Shown: piece after piece, positions 54,995 to 64,000 of the stretch
How positions within the stretch are numbered: the stretch's first letter is position 1
How the letters are laid out: every line of letters starts with the position of its first letter
Assembly: GCA_965217585.1 (NCBI GenBank)
Contig: OZ244561.1
Location: 5,536,001-5,600,000, forward strand
Direction of reading: 5' to 3'
DNA: 64,000 nt
From: Candidatus Latescibacterota bacterium
Lineage (GTDB): Bacteria > Latescibacterota > UBA2968 > UBA8231
Made by a program: the position numbers and the translations under genes
Notes under the pieces: model-generated
The model's input: only the letters and a program-made list of their open reading frames with translations
What the model was told of the DNA's origin: nothing
Databases searched by the model: none

Positions 54995-56857
54995 GTGAAC
55001 GACGCCCAACTGGTAGAGGCGTGCTTGGAGGGAGACCACCGTGCCTACGCGGTCTTGGTCAACCGTTACCGCTACCCCGTCTTCGGGCTGTGCCTGAGCT
55101 ATGTCAAGGATTTCGACGCGGCTGAGGACGCGGCGCAGGAGGCGTTGATCGCCGCCTACCTGAAACTGGAAAGCCTGCCCGAGCCGCAAAAATTCGGCCC
55201 TTGGTTGCGGACCATCGCCGCCAACCAGTGCCGCATGTGGCTCCGGCGTCAGCGCCGACAGGTCGCCTTCGACGAAGAAAAGGCGGTCGTCGATCCCGCG
55301 CCGTCGCCGGCGGAGCAAGTGCTTTTGCGCGAGCGCCGGCAGAGGGTTCTGGCCGCCGTCGCCCGACTGAGCCGGCTGCAACAACAGGCCGTGGTCCTTT
55401 TTTATCTCGAGGGCCTCTCACTCAAGCGGATCGCCGCCTTCCTCAATGTCGCGGTACCTACCATCGAGCAGCGGCTCTACCGGGCGCGCCTCCACCTAAA
55501 AGAGGAGATGACAACTATGGTCAAGGAAAACCTGCAAGAACACCGCCTACCCGAGGACTTCACGCGGGAAGTAGTGCAAGAGGCACTGGCCCGGGGCCGG
55601 CACCTGTTACAGGAGCGCCAGTGGCCCGAAGCCCGCGAAGCCTTCAACCGTATCGTCGCCGCCGTGCCGGACCACCTAGAAGCCCACCGCGGTTTGGCCC
55701 TGGCCTTCGACGGCGAAACCCGCGAGGCCCTGCGACAGGACGCGCACTTTAGCGACAACCGCCTGCTCGACAATACCTTTACCGCCCTGCACAAGGTCTG
55801 CGAACTGGGTGCCGACGACCCGGAGATCGCCCGCGCGATCGGCCGGCTCTACTCGCACTATGGACGCCACGCGGAAGGCGGTCAATGCCTCGAAAGGGCC
55901 GCCGACCGCCTCGACGACTGGCGGCGCAGCGTTCCATTGTACAAAACGGCCATCTCCGTCTACTACCACGCCCACTACACCGAGCGCGGCGACCATATGG
56001 AAGCCTGTGTGCGCTGTCACCGCCGCGCCCGCCAGCTCGTGCCTGCCGACTGGCCGCCGCGCCGCCGCTTCGCCCTTTGGCAGCCCTCTGGGATGAGCAT
56101 GGCCTACGCGCATTTGGGATTGAGCCAAGAAGTCTTCGACGAGTTGGACGCACTCAAGGCGCAGAGCGAGGACGAGTGGTCGGTGGAAGAGTACTTCCAA
56201 TATTACGGCATTTGCTCCAACCAGTACCGGGAAATGGGTCGGTGGGACGAGGTGGAGGAGCACAGTCGAGCCTATGTCGACTGGGCCAAGGCCCTGCCCG
56301 TCGCCGACTCGCGCCTCCAGATCCGACCCTTGGCGCTCACCGAAGAAGGCGACGAAAACGCCGGCGCGCACAACGGCGATGACTTCCGCTGGTGGACGGT
56401 GTGCTACGCGCTCGCCGACCGCATCCTGTGGGCGAGGCACGAGACGGGGCGCGCAACTGCGGACATCCTCGCCGAACTCGACTGGGCACTCAACCAGCAC
56501 CAGAGCGCTGGATCTTTTTCCATCGCCGGGCAATCCACCTGCGAAATCGGCCACTACTCGGAGGCGCTGCGCTATTTGCGCAATGAGGAGGAACTGGAAG
56601 GCCGGCTCGCCGGCCGCGGCGACATCTACCTGGCCGCGGCACTCGTCGCGCTTGGGCGGGTGGAGGAGGGGAAGGAGCGGCTGCGCAACATCTACGGCCG
56701 ACTCGTGGCCAACGGCCAGTGCCGGAGTTGGTTTGGCAAGCTGTCCGCCTTTGACGCGATCCGCGCGGACGCGGACATGGTCGAACTGGTCGATGAATGG
56801 GAACGGGCCGAGCGCGTAGGCGCGCCTACAGCCAGCGCAAATTCGCAAGGCGGCTGA
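54995..56857 (+). CDS. ECF sigma factor with long C-terminal TPR-like extension
   Basis: DAQLVEACLEGD..AYAVLV, AEDAAQE, FGPWLRTIA.N, region 4 LSLKRIA...RLYRAR; AAGGAG before GTG 54995. Confidence 0.88.
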   Translation: MNDAQLVEACLEGDHRAYAVLVNRYRYPVFGLCLSYVKDFDAAEDAAQEALIAAYLKLESLPEPQKFGPWLRTIAANQCRMWLRRQRRQVAFDEEKAVVDPAPSPAEQVLLRERRQRVLAAVARLSRLQQQAVVLFYLEGLSLKRIAAFLNVAVPTIEQRLYRARLHLKEEMTTMVKENLQEHRLPEDFTREVVQEALARGRHLLQERQWPEAREAFNRIVAAVPDHLEAHRGLALAFDGETREALRQDAHFSDNRLLDNTFTALHKVCELGADDPEIARAIGRLYSHYGRHAEGGQCLERAADRLDDWRRSVPLYKTAISVYYHAHYTERGDHMEACVRCHRRARQLVPADWPPRRRFALWQPSGMSMAYAHLGLSQEVFDELDALKAQSEDEWSVEEYFQYYGICSNQYREMGRWDEVEEHSRAYVDWAKALPVADSRLQIRPLALTEEGDENAGAHNGDDFRWWTVCYALADRILWARHETGRATADILAELDWALNQHQSAGSFSIAGQSTCEIGHYSEALRYLRNEEELEGRLAGRGDIYLAAALVALGRVEEGKERLRNIYGRLVANGQCRSWFGKLSAFDAIRADADMVELVDEWERAERVGAPTASANSQGG

Positions 56858-56949
56858 AATCGCCGGCGGGTAGCCGATCCTGCGAGGGCCGGGTCACATC
56901 CTCAGGCTATTCAATGGATCCCGGGTGATTGAGCGGAAATTCCCGCTGT

Positions 56950-57795
56950 TTAGACGATCCCCCACGTCACTCGTCCCAACTCGCGCGCGCGTTCCCGCTC
57001 GTATGATGGATCGATGTCGAATTCGCGTTCCAGCCACAAGACCTCCCGCTGCTCGGAACTCAGCGAATTGAGCAATTCAGGCGTCAGGTAGTCGCCCCAC
57101 GTAAAGCGATGGTTGTCGATCGCGTGGGGATGGAACAGCCAATGGCTCATATACCGGCAGGCACTGGTGCGGTTGAGCCACGTTGAGTGAAACAGCTTGG
57201 CATGGCGTACGATTAGCTGATGGGGTTCGACCTCTAGGGAAATCTCGTCGTCGAGTGCGACGTCTTCCCAGCCGTCCTCGGCCTGCGAACCGGGAATTCT
57301 TCGTTCATCCCTGAGCTGCGCGGCCGTCTCCTCCAGAGAGGTGGGCGGCCCATTGTGACTGCCTGGAACAATGCGCAAACACCCGTTTTCGCGCGAAGCC
57401 CTGGAGAAGTAGTGCATGAACTCCGCCCACCCCGGACCTCCGTCGATGTGCCATCCCACCGATCGGTTCGGGGCCTGCTCATTGATGCCGCCGTTGCGCA
57501 GATAGATATCGCGGTCTGCGTTCAGTTGGCGGGCGAGCTCGATGATTTCGGGATGCAGGATGATCTTCATGAATGGCAGGGAGTGATCGAGGGCACACCA
57601 GTACGAGTCTTCCACCTGCGGCCGCAGGTAAAAGTGATTCCTCTTGCTGCCGTCTGCCGCCCCTTCCGATGGATCTTGGGCTGCCTTTTCGACCGCCGCC
57701 ATGCACGCCTCGGTGAAACTTTCGGGAAACGGACAGTCGACGATGACGTAGCCTTCAGTGCGGTACTGCTCCAATTGTTCCTCGCTGAATTTCAT
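56950..57795 (-). CDS. Phytanoyl-CoA dioxygenase (PhyH) family protein
   Basis: EQYRTEGYV, WHID, ENGCLRIVPGSH, LFHST. Confidence 0.88.
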   Translation of the reverse strand: MKFSEEQLEQYRTEGYVIVDCPFPESFTEACMAAVEKAAQDPSEGAADGSKRNHFYLRPQVEDSYWCALDHSLPFMKIILHPEIIELARQLNADRDIYLRNGGINEQAPNRSVGWHIDGGPGWAEFMHYFSRASRENGCLRIVPGSHNGPPTSLEETAAQLRDERRIPGSQAEDGWEDVALDDEISLEVEPHQLIVRHAKLFHSTWLNRTSACRYMSHWLFHPHAIDNHRFTWGDYLTPELLNSLSSEQREVLWLEREFDIDPSYERERARELGRVTWGIV

Positions 57796-57819
57796 GCTGT
57801 TTCCTCACGCGGTGTGCCG

Positions 57820-58803
57820 TCAATGTCCTCGCTGCACGGCGTCCATGAGCGCCCGTATGTACCCCAAAGCATAGGAGCGCGTGCGGAACTGGCGCGTGGA
57901 GTCTTCTTGCAGATGGGGCACGTGGTCTTCTACGATCGGAGCGTCAACGCCGACCTCGTGGAATGCCTTCATGGCCTCCATCATGTCGAGGTGGCCCTCG
58001 CCGATGAAAGTTTCTGAGAACTTCGGCACCGGGCCCGTTACACTCCGGAAGTGGATGTGGAAGATCTTGCCGCGGCTGCCGAAGTAGCGGATGGCGTCGA
58101 GAACGTTTTCGGGCATGGCACCGATCGTCCCCGTGCAAAAGGTCAGGCCGTTGGAGTCGCTCGGCACGATCTCGATGAGCCGCCGCAACGCCTCGTGACT
58201 ACGGAAAACCCTGGCGACTCTAGCGATAGGGGAGATGGGAGGGTCGTCTGGATGAAGCGCCATCTGGACCCCCGCCTCTTCGGCGACCGGGATTACCGCC
58301 TTGAGGAAGTAGGTCACATTGTCCCAGACCTGTTCATCGCCTGCCACCACCGATTCCGGGACGGGAGGATACCAGTACTGGCCGGTTTCATGCTTGACGG
58401 CCTCGTAGTCGAAGCTGGTCAGCTCGGAGCCGCCTCGGCCCGCCGTGGCCCTGTCGGTGCGCAGGCCATAGTTGCCGTACCAACTACGGAGGGAGAAGAA
58501 GTAGATCAGGGAGGGAATGCCCGCCTGTCCCATGTTGCGGATCGTCTTGCACCAGTTGTCGATCTGCTCATCCCTGCCCGGCAGCCCCAGTTTGATCTTG
58601 TAGGTCAACTCTTCGGGCAGCCCGCTGATGACCGACAATCTCAGGCCCGCCTCCTCGATCCTGGCGCGAAGAGCCGTGAGATCTGCGACGGTGTAGTAGC
58701 CCTGGTCCGTCGGCAGGGTGCCGCCTCCGACTACGTCGGTTGCTCCCACCTGTAAGGCTAGCTCAAGGTCCTCGTCGGTCACGCCGGACATTGCCAGTCT
58801 CAA
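57820..58803 (-). CDS. uxuA: Mannonate dehydratase-family protein
   Basis: GRDEQID, PVAEEAGVQMALHPDDPP, NGLTFCTG, HFR, EDHVP. Confidence 0.8.
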   Translation of the reverse strand: MRLAMSGVTDEDLELALQVGATDVVGGGTLPTDQGYYTVADLTALRARIEEAGLRLSVISGLPEELTYKIKLGLPGRDEQIDNWCKTIRNMGQAGIPSLIYFFSLRSWYGNYGLRTDRATAGRGGSELTSFDYEAVKHETGQYWYPPVPESVVAGDEQVWDNVTYFLKAVIPVAEEAGVQMALHPDDPPISPIARVARVFRSHEALRRLIEIVPSDSNGLTFCTGTIGAMPENVLDAIRYFGSRGKIFHIHFRSVTGPVPKFSETFIGEGHLDMMEAMKAFHEVGVDAPIVEDHVPHLQEDSTRQFRTRSYALGYIRALMDAVQRGH

Positions 58804-58836
58804 TTTTATGTTCCTCTATGGTTGGGGAGGCGATCC

Positions 58837-59643
58837 CTACTGCAACCTGCGGTCGGATGGGATCCGCAAGGAGTGGGTCTCGATATCCCAGTCGCCGTCG
58901 AAGATGGTCACAGCATCACCGGCGGCCGCTCCCGCGTCGGAGGCGAGATCGATGAGCTTGGCGGCCGAATCCTCGGGCGGCGACAGGCCGGGGCGCGATT
59001 CTCGCTCTGCTTCGTCGGCGGAGCGGCCCGCTTTCTCGGCCATCTCGCGGATGGCGCCCAACTTCATGTTCGTCGCCATCTCTCCCGGAGACACGGCGTG
59101 GATGCGGATGTTCAGGGGGCGAAGCTGTTCGCGGGCTACCAGGACCAGCCCGCGGACACCTCCTTTGCTCGATCCGTACGGAAGGGAAGCACTGCCGCCC
59201 AACACGCCGGCACCGGATATGACGAGCAGCACCACGCCCCCGCCCGCCTGCTGCAGCAGGGGAACGGCGTACTTCAACAGCAGGAAGCTGCCGGTGAGGT
59301 TGACGTCGATGACTCGCCGCCAGGACGCTTCGGAATATTCGTCGATGCGCGTCCCCGCATCGACGAGGATGGCTGCTGGATTGATCAGGATGTCGAGGTG
59401 GCCGTAGCGTTCGCCAACGGTGTCCATCAAGCGGCGAACGTCCGCAGACTGGCTCAAATCGGTGCGCACGAAGTGAGCCGTGCCGCCTGCGCTGGAGATC
59501 AGTTTGGCCGTTGCTGCGCCGCCATCCTCATCGATGTCGGCGAGGACGAGCTGCGCTCCCTCGCGGGCCGCGCCGATGGCAGTGGCGCGGCCGAGGCCGG
59601 TCGCAGCGCCGGTGACGACCGCTACCTTGTTGTCGAGTTTCAT
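58837..59643 (-). CDS. SDR-family oxidoreductase
   Basis: TGAATGLG, DVNLTG, YGSSK. Confidence 0.92.
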   Translation of the reverse strand: MKLDNKVAVVTGAATGLGRATAIGAAREGAQLVLADIDEDGGAATAKLISSAGGTAHFVRTDLSQSADVRRLMDTVGERYGHLDILINPAAILVDAGTRIDEYSEASWRRVIDVNLTGSFLLLKYAVPLLQQAGGGVVLLVISGAGVLGGSASLPYGSSKGGVRGLVLVAREQLRPLNIRIHAVSPGEMATNMKLGAIREMAEKAGRSADEAERESRPGLSPPEDSAAKLIDLASDAGAAAGDAVTIFDGDWDIETHSLRIPSDRRLQ

Positions 59644-59664
59644 GCTGGATCCTGAGAGATCGGC

Positions 59665-61290
<1,626 letters not shown>

Positions 61291-61401
61291 TGGAATCCTT
61301 AGTTAGGGGCAATAGTGAGGCGCTTGACCTGTCCCCAAATTTGAGGTAAACCTCCGTTAGGATGAGATTAGCATAGAATATATTACAAAAGCGCACTTGG
61401 G

Positions 61402-61494
61402 GAAGCGGTCGTTGCCCGAGGATTCGGGGTCGTTGAGGATGCACGCAGTTGGGCTAGGTGACCGGGGCGCAAAAAGGGCAATCGAATACGCCTG
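61402..61494 (-). repeat. Degenerate intergenic copy of fumarase internal segment 61042-61140
   Basis: GAAGCGGTCGTTG.CCGAGGATTC.GGGTCGT.GAGGATGC...CAGTTGGGCTAGGTG.CCGGGGCGCAA is shared. Confidence 0.9.
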
Positions 61495-61557
61495 TACTAA
61501 AAAAGAAAAATTAACATGGGAGTAGGGATGAAAGATACGCGCAGGAAGGAGGGCGAC

Positions 61558-63066
61558 ATGCCGGATTTGAACCTGTACTGGGGCGAGTTGCACAACCACA
61601 ACGAACTCGGCTATGCCCAAGGCAGTCTCGAGCGCAGCTATGAGATCGCCCGTTCCCACCTCGACTTCTACGCCTTCACCCCTCACGGGCTCCACGCCGA
61701 CGGCGGTGTGCCGGATGGCTACCCAGTAGTGGTCGCTAATTGGGAGCGGATCCGCCGGGCGGCCAGAGAAAACAACCGACCGGGCGAGTTTACTTGTTTC
61801 CCGGCCTACGAGTGGCACTCCTCGGCTTGGGGACACCTGCACGTGCTCAGCGTTGAGGATATGGAGTCGATGTACTGTGCGCGGAGTCTGGCTGATTTGC
61901 AGGGCCACTTCAGGGATAGACAGGCCGTCTTGGTGCCCCATCACACGGCCTACGAGCGCGGGGTGGACTGGGAGGGATTTGACGAGGCCTTGTCGCCGGT
62001 GGTGGAAATTTTCTCCGAACACGGCTCGTCGGAGCGCGACAGTGGCCTCTATCCCATGCTGGGGCACAGCGGCGGTCCGGCTGGATATCAATACACCGTG
62101 CAACATGGCTTAGCTCTGGGCAAGCGGTTTGGCCTTGTGGCCGGCACCGATAACCACGACGGCTATCCAGGAGGCTACGGGTTAGGGCTGACGGGGATTT
62201 GGGCCGAGGAGAATAGTCGCGCTGCGCTCTTTGACGCCTTGCATAAGCGGCGCACCACAGCCGTCACCGGAGATCGGATCGAGGTGCTTTTCCGCGCAGA
62301 GGATGCCTGGATGGGCGAGGTCGTGAGCGGATCAACGGAGCGCCGGCTAGACTACCGGGTCGAGGGTTGGGACGCGCTCAAAAGCGTGGAAGTCGTGCGC
62401 GACAATTTTCCGCTACACATAGAGGTGCCCGACTACGGCACGCCACGGGCGGCGCAACCGCAACCCTACCGCCTGCGCTTTGAGTGGGGCTGGGGACCGA
62501 TGAAGGGATACCAAGTCTACGATTGGCAGGGGCGACTGCAAGTCGAGGGAGGACGGCTTTTGCAGGTCGTGCCCTGCTTTAGCTCCGATCCCTTTGACGA
62601 GGTGCGGCGCAAGCGCGTCCTCGAATGGGATGAGGAAAGGTGCACTTGGCAGTCCCACACCTCGCGCGGCGCGGTCTTCACCACCCGCAATGGCTCCACA
62701 GCGCCAAGGGCTAACGATGCCCTGTGCGTGGAGGTGGAGGGGACGGAAGAGACGCGGGTCGAACTCGAATTCGACTGCCGCACGAGCAAGAGCCTGCTGG
62801 CCACGGCCGCGGATTGGGCACTCACGGGCCAACTAGGCGGTTCCCGGGCCAGCTTCAGCATCGGCGAGCTTTTGCAGGGGCGTCAGGGCTGGCGCGTGGA
62901 TGGGCTACCCACTTGGATCGTGGCCCACCGGGCCTTGCCCGAGGCGCTCTACGCCCTAAAAGGCCACTTCATCGACCAGAGCGAGATGCCAGCCTATTAC
63001 TATCTGCGCGTCACTCAAGAAAACGGCCAGTTGGCCTGGAGCAGTCCCATCTGGTTTGAGGAATGA
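61558..63066 (+). CDS. PHP-like metallohydrolase (DUF3604-like)
   Basis: YWGELHNH, PAYEW, PHH, EIFSEHG, GTDNH, YYLRVTQENGQLAWSSPIW; AAGGAGG RBS. Confidence 0.75.
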   Translation: MPDLNLYWGELHNHNELGYAQGSLERSYEIARSHLDFYAFTPHGLHADGGVPDGYPVVVANWERIRRAARENNRPGEFTCFPAYEWHSSAWGHLHVLSVEDMESMYCARSLADLQGHFRDRQAVLVPHHTAYERGVDWEGFDEALSPVVEIFSEHGSSERDSGLYPMLGHSGGPAGYQYTVQHGLALGKRFGLVAGTDNHDGYPGGYGLGLTGIWAEENSRAALFDALHKRRTTAVTGDRIEVLFRAEDAWMGEVVSGSTERRLDYRVEGWDALKSVEVVRDNFPLHIEVPDYGTPRAAQPQPYRLRFEWGWGPMKGYQVYDWQGRLQVEGGRLLQVVPCFSSDPFDEVRRKRVLEWDEERCTWQSHTSRGAVFTTRNGSTAPRANDALCVEVEGTEETRVELEFDCRTSKSLLATAADWALTGQLGGSRASFSIGELLQGRQGWRVDGLPTWIVAHRALPEALYALKGHFIDQSEMPAYYYLRVTQENGQLAWSSPIWFEE

Positions 63067-63180
63067 CGAGATCTACCGGGCGACCCAGCGGCAGTTGGGC
63101 GGTGCGGCGCACCCCTTGACGCGGCATTGCTCGACATCAAGGGCAAGGCGCTCGGGATACCGGTTTACGAATTGTTCGGT
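63065..63180 (+). pseudogene. Fragment of a mandelate racemase/galactonate dehydratase-family gene
   Basis: 63115-63180 reads LDAALLDIKGKALGIPVYELFG. Confidence 0.7.
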
Positions 63181-63266
63181 GCGCAATCCGCCCCAAACGG
63201 GGACTAGTACTCTCGCAAGGGCTATGGGACAAACCCGATAACCCTCTACCCGTTGTAAAACCGCTG

Positions 63267-63905
63267 CTAGAAGCTCGGGGCGGGCGCGTCTTCGGGCCGC
63301 CCGCCCGCTTGGCGAAATGCGCGGTATTCCCTTTCGAGCACGGTGCGCACCCGGTACTGGGGTTGGTCGTGGATCTTGGACTGATAGGATTGGTTGCCGA
63401 GCCAGTGCTCGACGAGCAGGCCGCGCAAGTGGTGTTCGGCTTCCCGATACTGGGGATCGCCAGCCAGATTTTTCAGTTCGTCGGGATCGGCCACCACATC
63501 GTAGAGTTCGGCCGAGCCATCGGCGTAGTGGGCGTACTTGTGCTCTTTGGTCAATACCATGGTCCGTCCCTGAATCTCGCTGAAGACGGCGTCGCGAATG
63601 GTGCCGGTGGGATTGTCAAACAGCGGCGTGATGTCTTTGCCTTGGAGTGTGGGGGGCAATTCCGCATCGCAGGCTCGGTAAAACAAAGGCACCAAGTCCA
63701 GGGTGCTGACCAGGGCTGGACTCCGCTGCCCGGCTGGCACGCGCGGACCGCGCATAATCAGCGGTACGTGCACCATGGAATCGTAGAAGAAGCCCTTGTA
63801 GCTGAGGCCGTGATCGCCGAGGGCGTCGCCGTGGTCGGAGGTGAAGACGATGAGGGTATCGTCGAGCGTGCCGGCCGCCTCCAAGGCTTGGAGCATCTTG
63901 CCAAT
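63267..63905 (-). pseudogene. Sulfatase C-terminal half (5' truncated)
   Basis: IGKMLQAL..DDTLIVFTSDHGD.LGDHG, VPLIMRGP, ELYD..ADPDE.KNL; the N-terminal CxPxR region is absent. Confidence 0.75.
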
Positions 63906-64000
63906 AAAGGGTATAGACGTGCGATCGAGTTAGACAGCCAACGCGCGGACATCCTATGGGAACTGGGTCAGGTTTACATGCAACAGAGCCAATACTCGCA
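63903..64000 (+). pseudogene. TPR-encoding fragment with no visible start, running off the window
   Basis: YRRAIELDSQRADILWELGQVYMQQSQYS. Confidence 0.5.

Noticed and set aside
55676-56848. Long antisense or alternate-frame ORFs (also 59948-61000, 37402-38439, 45408-46361)
   Set aside because: Shadow ORFs typical of high-GC DNA, with no recognisable motifs, overlapping well-supported genes.

Overview
A 64 kb high-GC bacterial chromosome segment. The yicC-coaBC-udg-dnaB order, WD40/peptidase-Omp85, HU and many orphan catabolic enzymes suggest an FCB-group lineage such as Latescibacterota; this is inference only. Housekeeping content: macA/macB-like export genes, speD, a sigma54 two-component system, an MbnP/MbnH-like pair, hup, thrB, obgE, dnaB, udg, coaBC, an archaeal-type cmk, yicC, an Omp85/BamB-like operon, dapF and class I fumarase. 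There are two accessory zones. The first (16.1-30.0 kb) splits a probable mlrC - M20 peptidase - class V aminotransferase - enolase-superfamily operon. It contains a defence/TA island and an array of three cargo genes (brnA, an APC permease pseudogene, gdhA), each bounded by a diverged copy of the aminotransferase gene's own 3' end, with no integrase in the window. The second (51.3-54.8 kb) holds an IS630 and an IS701-like element, two truncated genes, a sigma54 promoter, hairpins and orphan antitoxins. No rRNA, tRNA or CRISPR array was seen. The most unusual signals are the gene-end-repeat cassette array, the repeated loss of toxins from TA loci, and a Tpt1/ART-fold + HEAT-repeat fusion protein.
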